A stretch of DNA of 64,000 nt from contig OZ024741.1 in assembly GCA_964016885.1 (NCBI GenBank), positions 297,848,001 to 297,912,000 on the forward strand. The letters are read 5' to 3'. The stretch's first letter is position 1. Every line of letters begins with the position of its first letter. The DNA comes from Eledone cirrhosa. Lineage: Eukaryota. The notes beneath the pieces were generated by a model. That model was not told where the DNA came from, made no database searches, and saw only the letters and a program-made list of their open reading frames with translations. Below are positions 1 through 13,498 of this stretch, piece by piece. The translations under genes were made by a program, and so were the position numbers.

Positions 1-670
1 CCTCGAAGAAGATCTGTCCGAGATGCGTGCGTGACGAGGAAACCGTCGCACACGCATTCGTACACTGCCTGGGCGTTGCTGACCTGTGGGGCTATGTGGA
101 ACGACTACTGTCGCGGGTGGGACCAATCCGGTTGACCACCGAGAACATTGTCACGATCAAACCGCCTACCCCTTTCAAAAACGAAGGAGAGGCGGTTTTC
201 CTCTGTGTGATAGCCATGGCGAAAGAAGTTGTATGGTGGACAAGGTTGAAAGGGCTGAGGTCAGACACCTTTCTCTCCGGCCAACAACTGGTCTTTTTTT
301 TCAAGTACCACTTTAGAAGAAGGATCAGAATGGAGAGAGAGGTGCTCTACCCCAGCAAGTTTTATGAAAGATGGGTGAAAGTAGCTAGAATGGCCCGAGT
401 GAATGGGCCTTCTCTCTATATCAGCCTGTAGGTGAGAGAGGAGAAGAATGAGAAGAGGAGGGAAGCACCCGCTCTTTGTGCTCCTGAAGAGGAGGGTTGC
501 ACTTTTTTTCGGGGGTGTGTGCGACCCATGTCAACGCCCCTCCCTATTGAGGACATCGATTGTTAAATTTAATTTGTTATATGTTTTTTACACGTCTTTT
601 TAAATGCATGTAAACTCCCCCCTTTGTATTTGTCCAAATCTGTGATGCCCTGGTGGCAAATAAATAGAAA
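1..670 (+). mobile_element. 3' end of an L1/Tx1-type LINE (ORF2 C-terminus and 3' UTR)
   Basis: ORF 27..431 has the ETVAHAFVHC zinc-knuckle motif and is homologous to ORF 57768..58115. It ends in ccctggtggcaaataaa, like the other copies. Confidence 0.75.
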
Positions 671-919
671 TCTATATCAATAAGCTCTAAACTCTCCCCC
701 TCTCTATATCTATATCTATCTCTCCCATCTCTCTACATACCATGTACATAAATTGTAGCGCATATACAAATAGATGTGTGTTTCGGTAGTTTGTGGAGAA
801 AAATATAATTATTGGGGTGGAATGCTCCACTTCCCCCCAGTTCCGCCGCCCTTGCGTTTGAGGAAGGAGCCACGCGAGGTAGGGTGGCTGTTGGGCAGGT
901 GTTGCTGGTCATTGTATCT

Positions 920-1045
920 GTGTGTATATCATGACTCATACACTGTTCACTTTCCTGGTATTTGTACATTATTCTGTGTACTTTACATACACCTTGATGA
1001 GTTGTAGTGCACCTGAGCACTGTACACAATAATTTCATTATTATT
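920..1045 (+). mobile_element. Isolated 3' UTR tail of the CR1-like LINE
   Basis: Near-identical to 33285-33415 (gatgagttgtagtgcacctgagcactgtacacaataatttcattatt). Confidence 0.85.
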
Positions 1046-1139
1046 TTGTCGATAAAATAAAGTACCAGTAATGTACTGGTTAATTGCTGCCTAAAATAGA
1101 AACAATTATTATTTTTTAATCTTACAATCGTTGGATCCC

Positions 1140-1442
1140 CATTGTTTTCCACGACGAGTGCTCTAGTAGATGCAATTAATGGAACTGCCTGCTCGTGAAA
1201 GTCGCCGAGTATTCCGTGAACATGATCACCCTTAATGTAGTTCTCATAGAGATTCAGTGTAACTCAATATGTGACAAGGCTTACTCCTTGAATTAAAGGT
1301 ACAACTCATTCTTGTCAGCCGAGTGGTATCGAGCAACGTGAAATAAAGTATCTTGCCCAAGGACACAACGCATGCCCGGTCCGGAAATTGAACTTACAAC
1401 CTTACGTTTTCTGAATACTCTAACCACTATGACACACACCTT
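1140..1442 (-). mobile_element. tRNA-derived SINE with CORE-like domain (family B)
   Basis: The minus strand has a tRNA-like head, then gtgtccttgggcaagatactttatttc (CORE-like). Related pieces occur at 10185-10295, 52770-52850, 62340-62485 and 62850-63110. Confidence 0.6.
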
Positions 1443-1537
1443 AGTCATATTACTAACATCATTACTATCAATTATACAAACTAGTTGTAGATTTTGTTAG
1501 TTTGGATAACTTGCCGAATAACATCTATTATATTAAT

Positions 1538-1805
1538 TGTTTCCACTACTGGTACTTTATTTTATCGACCCCGTAAGGAGGAAAGGCAAAGTTAACCTCG
1601 GCGGGATTTGAACTCAGATCAATAAGGGGCGTAACTCTTTGCTACAAAGCATGGCGTCCGACCCTCTACCGATACTGCCAATCCACCGCCCTATAACATC
1701 TATTATATTAATTGTTTTTACTTTTGGCACAAGGTCAGCAATTACCCAGTACATTACTGGTACTTTATTTTATCGACCCCGTAAGGATGAAAGGCAAAGT
1801 CAAAA
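1538..1805 (-). mobile_element. Two tandem copies of tRNA-SINE family A
   Basis: A box TGGCAGTATCGG and B box GAGTTCAAATCC. Duplicated flank ataacatctattatattaat at 1518-1537 and 1693-1712. Confidence 0.85.
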
Positions 1806-2016
1806 TGTCGGTGTTTCTGTGGTGTAAATTGCCTGTCTCGCTGTGGAAAGGGGATGGTAAAAGTGTATGGGAGAGCGCGCGCACGAGAGAGAGAGAGAGA
1901 GAATTATATTTACAAAAAATATTGTTTATCAGTTAAATATTCTATTTTCGTAGTTTCAATCATTTGTTAAATCGATTCTATTTCTTTTGTGGGGTCGTAT
2001 ACATCTAATTAAGTAT

Positions 2017-2052
<36 letters not shown>

Positions 2053-2489
2053 GTTTAAACCGAAGTTGTAGCTGTGGCACATCAAGTACTATTCGATTTG
2101 TTTGCACTAAATGGAGCGAAAAGTTTTTTTTAAATCATTAATGTCTAGAGTAAACACCACAGTTAAAAAGTGTGTCACCAAGAAAACCAACCGAAAGTAC
2201 CGGCCATACATATATCACAACAGTAGATACAGAAAGGTTTTAACTAACCTGGACCATTTCTTATTGATTACAATCGATATAATCGATAAAGATCTCAGAT
2301 AGGTTTCTAGGACTCCTGGAAGTTACATAACAAGTTGCATAATGCACATGCAATACATGTGTGCACTTTCACTATGGAACTGCCGCACCCGTCTTCTGCA
2401 GGTTCTGTTTGTTTCCAAATTTCGGTTTCCAAATTTCGTCTTGTATAGAATTACTACTTACAGTAGTAATTCTATACAAGACGGATCAT

Positions 2490-2640
2490 GAAACGAGATG
2501 AAATGTTAAATGTGAATTGGTGTGAAATGTGGTTAAATGGTATGAAATATGGGACAGTGCGAATTTGTGTGAAATTATGTGAAATGCAAAGTAGTGTGAA
2601 ATGGTGTTAAATAGAGTGAAATGTGAAATAGTATGAAATA
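2490..2640. repeat. Degenerate GTGAAAT-type tandem repeat
   Basis: Repeated gtgaaat/gttaaat units. Confidence 0.6.
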
Positions 2641-3130
2641 AATATATTATTGCTAATCATATTTATTTATTGTGTATATTACAGTTGCTGTGCTGTATGA
2701 AGGGTGTCAAACGAATGAGAAAAGCTGTGTTCTGTTCCGAACCATGTTGTTCTGGTTATATTGAACGAGTTGAAAAACCTCCTTTATTGGGACTTGTGGT
2801 CTTCTGTGAGAAGGTGGAGGTAAAAATGGCTCTTATTTTATTTACTGTCTCTTCTCTTGCAAGTACATATCTCACGATGAGCATTACAGACCTTGAAGCG
2901 TGGTGTTGGTGGTAGTGGGGGTTTCACAAAAGATTGTATAGTTTTAGATCATTACCACAAATCGTCAGTCTGTTTAGATGACATAAATCTTCTGCTGCAC
3001 GTCTAACATAAATTGCTGCCCACTTGAAAACATCAGTAAATATGTTCAGACAACACTGTAGATATTCAGTAGATACTTTATACATTACGTAGGAACATGA
3101 AATGACTTGCATATTGCGACATGTAATAAT

Positions 3131-3508
3131 TGTTTCTACTTATGGCACAAGGCCAGCAATTACTCAGTGCATTACTGGTACTTTATTTTATCGACCCCGT
3201 AAGGATGAAAGGCAAAGTTAACCTCGGCGGAATTTGAACTCAGAAAAGCAAGGGCCGTAACTCTATGCGTCACAGCATAGCGTCCGACCCTCTACCGATA
3301 CTGCCAATCCACCGACATGTAATAATTGTTTCTACTTTTGGCACAAGGCCAGCAATTATCCCAGTGTATTACTGGTACTTTATTTTATCGGCCCCATAAG
3401 GATGAAAGGCAAAGTTAACCTCGGCGGGATTTGAACTAAGACCATAAAGGGTCGTAACTCTTTGCTGCAAAGCATGGCGTCCGAGCCTCTACCGATACTG
3501 CCAATCCA
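3131..3508 (-). mobile_element. Two tandem full-length SINE A copies
   Basis: Two ~190 bp copies; cgacatgtaataat is duplicated at 3117-3130 and 3313-3326. Confidence 0.9.
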
Positions 3509-3968
3509 ATGACAGACATTCAGCACAAGATTAGGGTTTTTGTAGTATTCAAGGGAAATGCCAGGGCAGTGAATTGCTAGTGTCGTTAGAACGTGGAATA
3601 GAATACTTTGCGGTGTTTGTTTCGGCTCTCTGTGCCCTGAGTTCAAATCCTGCTGAGGTTAACTTTACCGCTCATCTTTTTGAGATTGATAAAAATGTAC
3701 CAGTCCAGTACAGGGGTCAATTTTTCTTCTATATCTCTTACTCTCATTCTCACGCTCTCTCTCCTTCTCTGGAATAAATCAGTTGTGTTCAGATATGGAG
3801 TGGGGATGGGCTCCGCCAGTTTTAAAATGCCCAAGTAGCACCATATGTCACGACGGCGTCCTTACGATTTCATTTGTAGTTACGAGTCCTTACAAACATA
3901 CAAAGGAAATCTTTGTTTCTTAACCCTCCTAATATCAATATTGAAGATGAAATCTAATTTTTGACAAT

Positions 3969-4190
3969 AATATTGGTTTCTGATTCAGACACAAAGCCAA
4001 CAATTTGGGGGCAGGGGAAAGTCGATTAAATCGACACCAGTGTTTTACTGGTACTTTATTTTATAGACCCCGTAAGTATAAAAAGTAATGCTAACCTCTG
4101 CAGAATTTGAAGTCAGATCGTAAAGGAGTGTAACGCTATGCCATAAAGCATGTTGTCCGATGATCTACCAATACTGCCAACCCACCGCCC
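3969..4190 (-). mobile_element. SINE A, older/longer variant
   Basis: Same head and central domain, with an extra gtcgatttaatcgact segment. Confidence 0.75.
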
Positions 4191-5156
4191 TAATTTTGGC
4201 AATATTATTAAAATAAGTTAAAATCACAGAAATTGTGTAGCAAACTGAACTTATCAATGATTTACGGTCCTATCACATATTAGAACTGTATTTTTAAAAT
4301 TTCTCAAAATAAGTGTTTTACTTCGAATTTCAAAATTTTGCCAGAAGTTTCGATTAGAAATATTTCTTCAAACTATGCTACAATTTTACCAAGAATAATG
4401 GGTTCACCTTTCCCTTTTATCGTTGAGGGAGTCGATAAAATAGATAAGTGACAGCCTGTGTAATAAAGTGTGTGTAATGAAGTGGAAGCTCTCGACAAGC
4501 AGAATTTCAAACTCGGATCCAAATCTTATTTGAAGCCTTTTCTCTTCAACTGGCTGCTAGTGTATCTGGCGAAAGCATTGCAGTGTCCTATTTCCTTTCT
4601 CACTCTGTAAATCTACAATAAACCCAGTGACGACAAAGATTAATAGACCTAATTTGTCGTTTAGTTTAACACTACTACCTGGCACTAGGGTGCATTTAGT
4701 TGTATGCACTCCATTGCCAGCAATTAGGCCAAACCTTCGATGTGAGGATAACTTCCTCCCAACAGCCTTGGAGGCCTTGAAAGGGCCACATATGCTACTA
4801 TTACTCCTCTGAAAAGCGAAAAAAAAACAAAAAAACTACTACTTAAAGTTAAATATAGAAAGTAAAACCAATATCGTTTTAAGTAATATAAAATAATAGT
4901 TTAAATGTTATTAAAGAACGTTAACTGATATGATTACCCAATGGATTTACTCTCAAAATGTTCGTATGACTTCTGATTAGATCACTCCAACTAGATAGTT
5001 TGTGATTAAGTGGAGGATATATCTTTTGTGCCAGTTATTTTATTATCAATTTATTTTCAACTTAAGATAGTTCAAAGAATATATTGTTTTATATAATCTC
5101 AATATGGACTTAGGCTGGATATAAAGATTTGAGCTCGCATTATTTTTATCTTTTTG

Positions 5157-5345
5157 TGGTGGATTGGCAGTATCGGTAGAGGGTCGGACGCCATTCTTTG
5201 CAGCATAGAGTTACGACCCTTTACGGTCTGAGTTCAAATCCCACCAAGGTTAACTTTGTCTTTCATCCTTACGGGGTCGATAAAATAAAGCACCAGTAAT
5301 GCACTGGGATAATTGCTGGCCTTGTGCCAAATGTAGAAACAATTA
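5157..5345 (+). mobile_element. SINE A, full length, with 18-bp TSD
   Basis: attatttttatctttttg at 5139-5156 and 5342-5359. Confidence 0.9.
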
Positions 5346-5859
5346 TTTTTATCTTTTTGCGTTAAACGCTTTGAATGTTGACAACAGTTATTTCTAATAT
5401 CTTGTTTCTATTCAATCATAGAAGAAGGGTTTATTTTTACCTTTTTGACCAATCAGGTTATAATTGCAATGAACTGTAGAGGAATTAACAATTTATTATC
5501 ATGAATATACCAAGAGTAAATTCAAATAGACAGTTTTCTGTAACACAACCATGTAAATGATATGCCTTGCATATATACAGTCACACACATTTGCTGGAGA
5601 TGCTCATTTGCATATACCAAATAGGAAACATCAGCTGGAAAGGCTCATTTGCATATAATCCGAACTTGGCGGGATATAAGTTATTTGCAGTAAGATAGCA
5701 TTATGCATAACAGGAGTGTATATGAAAGCATACACTATATGTTTCTATTTTTTCTTTGAGGCTCTCATATGTTTATTGTATATACACATATAGTATATGC
5801 TTTCATATACACTCCTATTATATACAAGGCAATCTTAGTGCTACAACCAATACACACAT

Positions 5860-5909
<50 letters not shown>

Positions 5910-5912
<3 letters not shown>

Positions 5913-6104
5913 ATTGGAGGTGGTAAAAACCAGTTAGACCATTACTCACCAGAGTACTCGCTACTTGGGGTAATAGAGTGGGAAATATGAAAAAAATTCA
6001 GGACCCCGACAGCTGAGCTCCGGCCGTTTCAACGGCTAGATCCGAACTGAGTTCAGATCTAGCCTTTGAAACGGCTGGAGCTCAGCCGTCGGGGTCCTGA
6101 ATTT
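5910..6104 (-). mobile_element. PLE-type terminal module with 111-bp fold-back palindrome (5994-6104)
   Basis: The arms contain GAAACGGCTGGAGCTCAGCCGTC (HHR 3' half). The tail is homologous to 12171-12235 and abuts (TA)n. Confidence 0.6.
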
Positions 6105-6174
6105 ATTCATATATATCTATGGTGCCCCAGAATGGCCTAAGCTGGATGGCTGGAACAGGTAAAAGAGTAATATA

Positions 6175-7107
<933 letters not shown>

Positions 7108-7109
7108 TA

Positions 7110-8420
7110 TATTCTTCTTTGGCTCCGTATGGTACATTGGGCGACAAAGATCTCCATTCTATACAGTTTTAAACCTTGTCGTAGTTCTGCTCCGAGGTCA
7201 GGCCAGGCCCATGTCTACCAGATCTTCCCCTGCAGAACTCAACCAACCCTTAATGAGCCAGTCCTGTTTCTTATTCTGGTTTCCAGTTGAAGAAATGCGT
7301 TACATCTTCCTCCGTCGTACGGAGATGGTATTCTGCAGATTACTTAGCCGGGCCCTTTCTATGACCTCATTTGTGATGTGGTATCACAAAGAAATCCTAA
7401 GTTCGGTCTTAAGGGAATGTCTACGGAATACATTTGTTGATTCTACAGATCTATTTCCGTATCTCGCAAACATATGTCACAACGATTGACCTAAAACGGC
7501 GGAACTTTGTGTCTTGGTTGATGGAGGAGTTTGACTGTACATGTTTCAAGTGTTGAAAGACAGCTGCAGCTTTGCTGAGTCATTTTTCTACATCAGTTTT
7601 TGAGCTGTCATCTTTAGCGAAGGTACTGTTAAGATATGCAAAGTTGTCAACGGTCTTTAAAGTCTGGCCCTCCGGTTGGACTGGTTGCTGTTGTACTTCA
7701 CTAATAAGCATCAATTTAGTCTTTTCAATGCTGGTCTTAAGACTAGTTTTCAAACTGCTGTTGCTAAAGCTGTAGGTTATGCCTTGCGTTATAGCAGATG
7801 TAATACTAAGAAGTCCCAGATCAGCGACAAAATCCAAGGTCTGTGAGTCTTCCATCTCCATATGGGGCGATGTGCTAGATCCCCATCGATTTCCACGAGA
7901 CAAATTCACCAATCACAGGAACAAAAACGTGGACAGATCACATCAATGACGCACCTCTGGGACGATATCAAAACTCCGTATTTTCATATGTTCTAATGCA
8001 GCAGCATATTCTCCGCTAACGTGCTTGCATGATACTGATGTGGCGAGTAGGCATTCCAAACAGCGCGGTGATCTTCCATAGAGATTCTCGGTGCAAATTG
8101 TCAAAGGCCTTCTTGAAGTCAATGAAGTTGACCGCAAACAGTTGCTAGATCCCGTGACACAACTCAATGATGTTGTGTTGCATGAGGATGTGTTCGTTGC
8201 ACGACTTTCTACTATAGAATCCGCCCTGTTCTTTTTGTAGATGTAAAACAATTTTCCAGTGACTAGCAGCAGTGTTACTCCGCTCAGCTGCTACATTGAT
8301 TTAAAGCTCTTCCTGGAAATGTTCTACACAATCGGCTGATTGTTCCTTGCTTGTTACCAACGTCCGACCATCCTTACTCTTAATTGGCACATACGAACCA
8401 CTTCTCGCTCCTTTCAGCAC
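7110..8420 (-). pseudogene. Degraded RTE-clade reverse transcriptase
   Basis: Fragments such as VNFIDFKKAFDNLHRESLWK, LDFVADLGLL and VDNFAYLNS, with frameshifts. Confidence 0.75.
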
Positions 8421-9075
8421 TTTGTTACTCGAGACAAGAAGGAAACCTCTACACCGTTGCTGGACCTGCTAGAAACAAACCTGTAAACTCTTCCGGTCCG
8501 ACGGGGAGATCTCCCACCCACTTTGGGGTGGGTGAGAGATGTCTTCTCTTGTGAAAATGGGTATAGCTTTCATTATGTAAAATCTCATTTTACCTCATTT
8601 CTCCTCGTTTTGGGGCACTTTTTTTCATGGTACTTCCCGTTTGGAGTTTTAGAGGTTGGCGGGTCTGTAGAAATGACCGACATATCTCTCTTAAATTATA
8701 CCTTACACCTGTCTTTTAACGGACATATTAGATAATAATAATACTGAGACCACTAAGTTTAAATAAAAAACAGGGTAGTCACGGATAGAATGCCTTTGAT
8801 AATAGGCATACTCAATCAGTATTGATATAGGGCTAAATAACAATAACAACAATGTATTTATTTCTTGCTTAATTTTTAAACCAGTCGTACAAATACCATT
8901 TCTCTACCCCACCAACCATATATTCGTTCGTCCATCCTTTCGTCCATCCTTTCGTCCATCCTTTCGTCCATCCGTACATTCATCCGACAGTCTGTCCATC
9001 CGTCTATCCGTACGTCTATCTGTCTATCTACCTGTCTATCAATCCGTCGGTTTACTTATTTGTTTATCTATCTAT

Positions 9076-9117
<42 letters not shown>

Positions 9118-9128
9118 CTCGCTCTCTA

Positions 9129-10185
<1,057 letters not shown>

Positions 10186-10703
10186 CCACAGACACGTGTA
10201 TTTTTAACGTGTAGTTCTCAGAAAGATTCAGCGTGACGGCTTTGAATTACAGGTACAACCTATTTTTGCCAACCTACTCACTAAGCCACGCGCCTTCACA
10301 ACATCGCCACCACATCCATCAACACACAACTTCCACACCACGCCACCATCTTTTTCTTTCTTACTTTTCTTTCTCCTCACTGAAACCCTTTTTCTTGGTG
10401 TTGGTCCTCAAAAATCCTTCCCTTCCATTGTAGCAATTGGATAGTTTCAAGTTTCGTATTGACGGGGAGTGGCGGGGAAAACCCAGATACTGTGCATGAT
10501 AGGATAACGGTAAGTGCATGTTTTTTCTTCCCTCTCTTTCTCTTTCTCTCCCTCTCTCTCTCTCTCTATCTATCTCTCTGTACACACACACACACACACA
10601 CACATATGTATATATATATATTCGTGGTTTACTATGGAAGGTACCAAAAGCAGCACTCTATGCTAAGGCAGAGTGTATATATTTTTATGAGACTTTGGTT
10701 TTA

Positions 10704-10810
10704 CTTGATTGACAAATCTGATGAGCCGACTGGACTGGGTTCTCGTCTATAACATTAACACGGATCCTGATCCACCCATCGTGAAACGGTCGTAACTATG
10801 CATAATCAAT
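10704..10810 (+). ncRNA. Decayed hammerhead ribozyme-like motif
   Basis: CTGATGA at 10718 and GAAACGGTCGTA at 10783; stem I pairing is poor. Confidence 0.4.
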
Positions 10811-10812
10811 AA

Positions 10813-10864
<52 letters not shown>

Positions 10865-10920
10865 CGTTTCTGAATTTGTTTAGCAAGATTCTTTATCTGA
10901 AAACGTGTGTTGAAACCGAT

Positions 10921-11067
10921 ATTGTTATACTTTGGGAGGGTCATGTTGCCAATAAGAAACACACGCAACCAACCAACCGGAAATTTATAAATTTAATTTA
11001 TAATAAATTGAAGTGAAAGCAACTGGTGCGTGTGTTTCTTATTGGCAACATGACCCTCCCAAAGCAT

Positions 11068-11073
<6 letters not shown>
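10921..11073. repeat. PLE tail with 47-bp inverted terminal duplication
   Basis: 10921-10967 and 11027-11073 are inverted. The sequence matches the tail (22684-22790) of the GIY-YIG element at 22684-23475. Confidence 0.85.
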
Positions 11074-11098
<25 letters not shown>

Positions 11099-11165
11099 CG
11101 TTATTCCGGGTTGAATCGGAGGTAACCACAGTAAGTAAGGTACTCAATACATAGCAGAGTATAAA

Positions 11166-11275
11166 AGTTTTAATATAGATGAGATTCTACAGGACTAGAA
11201 CTGTTTCATTCATTATTCCTGATGATTTCTAATGAATGAAACAGTTCTAGTCCTGTAGAATCTCATCTATATTAA

Positions 11276-11279
<4 letters not shown>
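11166..11279. repeat. Perfect 50-bp-arm fold-back with 14-nt loop
   Basis: agttttaatatagatgag...ttcatta, loop ttcctgatgatttc, then the exact reverse complement; lies between (TA)n tracts. Confidence 0.9.
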
Positions 11280-11344
<65 letters not shown>

Positions 11345-11679
11345 CATACGTGCATACTTGTGCAGAGATAATAAATTAGTCAATCAAATTCCAACTCAGC
11401 TGGATTGTCACATTTTATTTCATGTTTTCACTAGTACTTTTGTGTCTTCTGAATGTTAACATGTCAATAATATCTAGGTAGCCACTTAGCTATCATGGCT
11501 ATATTGATATTTACCTAGATATCGAGGCCACGTTAATATGCATGCATAATATGTATAACACCAGAATCAACAGTTTTGCAATAATAGACATGTATTTTCT
11601 CGAAGAATTATTTTTTTCGTTTCTGCCACTGCCCACCCTCCTCTACCTTTTTCTTCTTCTTCTTTACTTTCTCATTCTA

Positions 11680-11709
11680 TCTTCTGATGAAGCATCTGAA
11701 ACGTTAAGA
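11680..11709 (+). ncRNA. Minimal type I hammerhead ribozyme
   Basis: TCTT-CTGATGA-AGCATCT-GAAA-CG-TT-AAGA: 4-bp stem I, 2-bp stem II, palindromic ACGT stem III. Confidence 0.65.
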
Positions 11710-11765
11710 CTCTTATATTTCTTCATTGTAATGTGTCGTTTACTATGTTATTTCTGTTTGACTTT

Positions 11766-11896
<131 letters not shown>

Positions 11897-12074
11897 ATAT
11901 TTATCTATCGATCGATCTATCTAGGTGTTCTCCAGCAGGAGGACACCTAGGTGTCATAAAATAGTTGAGCTCGGCTCAATTACCTTAGTGTGAGGATGAA
12001 TCAAACACTTGCTTGATGGGAGTTCTTCCATTGAAGATATTTCAGTTGTCCGTTCACCTCGTCGCGATTTTCTG

Positions 12075-12110
<36 letters not shown>

Positions 12111-12115
<5 letters not shown>

Positions 12116-12240
12116 AAAATGTTTGATCCCGACGGCAGAGCTCTGCCGTCGGGATCAAACATTTTCCTATTACCCACACTACTACCCTAAGTATTGAGTA
12201 CTCTGGTGCGTTATGGTCCATCTGGTTCCTCCTTCGTTAT
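12111..12240 (+). repeat. Perfect 60-bp palindrome (12111-12170) plus PLE-type tail
   Basis: ataggaaaatgtttgatcccgacggcagag|ctctgccgtcgggatcaaacattttcctat; the tail is related to 5910-5990. Confidence 0.9.
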
Positions 12241-12291
12241 ACATACATACATACATACATTCATTTTATTAAGGCTAATTAGTGAGTCTTC

Positions 12292-12340
12292 TTTCTCTGG
12301 AGTTTCGCCTGTTTATCACAGGGTCATCAGACCAGGACTA
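12292..12340 (-). ncRNA. Partial hammerhead motif
   Basis: CTGATGA-C-CCTGT-gataa-ACAGG-C-GAAA-CTCCAGAG; cleavage triplet not intact; same family as 19874-19918. Confidence 0.5.
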
Positions 12341-12439
12341 ACGTTTCCACCTTATATAATGTATATATATTTACCTTGAGTCTTCCTTTATTTATACTGT
12401 GTCTGCTATTGAAACGTTAATTCTTGTCTGATTACCCTG

Positions 12440-12924
12440 TAATTGCAAACCAATCGAATATTATTATTAATATTTGAAAAACGCAGATTACATTTATTGT
12501 ATTCAGCCATGTAGAGCGATAAACTATTTGATTGTTATTTGAATATGGCAAAGCCGGCCATTAATCGCTCCCATACATGAAACTGACTGGCCTATCTGCT
12601 GATATGCAAATCTGGCTGATCAGTGGGTCTGCTAATATGCAGATCTAACTGATCAGGCAGTCTGCTAATATGCAAATCAGGCCGATCAGTCACTGTATAT
12701 GTTAGAAAATATCATATATTTTCACTAGCTCTGACAGTTGGCAGGTGAGCAGTATACTCTACTGATGAAGGGTAATCACCCAGAAACATTAGTGTCTGCA
12801 GTTCTGTTTACATTCCAACACAAGAGCAAGAATTTCGGGGTCATTCTACTGGCATGGCTTTAAAGAGGCTGTTTGCATAATTACAAACGAATAGAATATT
12901 ATCATTAATATTCGAAAAACTCAG

Positions 12925-12928
<4 letters not shown>
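12440..12928 (+). mobile_element. Non-coding HHR-bearing module with 51-bp direct terminal repeats (retrozyme or pLTR-like)
   Basis: 12440-12490 vs 12878-12928 (6 mismatches), three internal 33-bp repeats, HHR at 12756, ends at (TA)n. Confidence 0.7.
12756..12802 (+). ncRNA. Type I hammerhead ribozyme
   Basis: ACTCTA-CTGATGA-A-GGGT-aatc-ACCC-A-GAAA-CA-ttag-TG-TC-TGCAGT; GUC cleavage triplet, one mismatch in stem I. Confidence 0.8.
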
Positions 12929-12974
<46 letters not shown>

Positions 12975-13068
12975 GATTTTAGTCTTCAAATTTATTATTA
13001 TTACTATATATATATATATAGTATAAAGAAAACGAAAAATCAGTGATGCATCTGGACTTAATTTATTG

Positions 13069-13159
13069 CGTGTTACAATTGTTTCGCCGGCAGGTAGCTC
13101 GAGACATGGTCCTTGTATGGATCTGGCTGATTCTACTGCTGCAGGTTCTTTCAGACACG
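13069..13159 (-). ncRNA. Type I hammerhead ribozyme with extended stem II
   Basis: CGTGT-CTGAAAGA-...-GAAA-CAATTG-TA-ACACG: perfect 5-bp stem I and palindromic stem III; the core has one extra A. Confidence 0.65.
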
Positions 13160-13196
13160 GGTATTTCGTTCGGAGCAAATTTTATCATATATATAT

Positions 13197-13498
13197 AATT
13201 GAAAAAGTGAAGAATAACATGGTCAACAGTACAAAAAAGGGGAATTTATTTACAGTCTAACAATTGTTTCTCTGATTGAGTTGTCTAAAAATTGCTGAAC
13301 ACTAGAAGCAGTGCCACTCAATTTTAAATACGATGCTAGCTCAATCATATCAGAGACCATCGTATTTGAAATTGAATGGCACTGCTTCTAGTGTTCAGCA
13401 ATGTTTAGACAATTCAATCAGAGAAACAATTGTTAGACTGTAAATAAATTCTCCTTTTTTTTGTACTGTTGGCCATGTTATTCTTCACTTTTTCAATT
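13197..13498. repeat. ~140-bp-arm fold-back containing a decayed HHR (13255-13357, minus)
   Basis: Arms 13197-13335 / 13358-13498. The minus strand reads GTCT-CTGATA-TGATTGAG...CTCAATCA-GA-GAAA-CAATTG-TT-AGAC. Confidence 0.8.

Noticed and set aside
5157-5245. tRNA gene
   Set aside because: A/B boxes are present, but the sequence continues into a repeated SINE body and lacks a proper cloverleaf.
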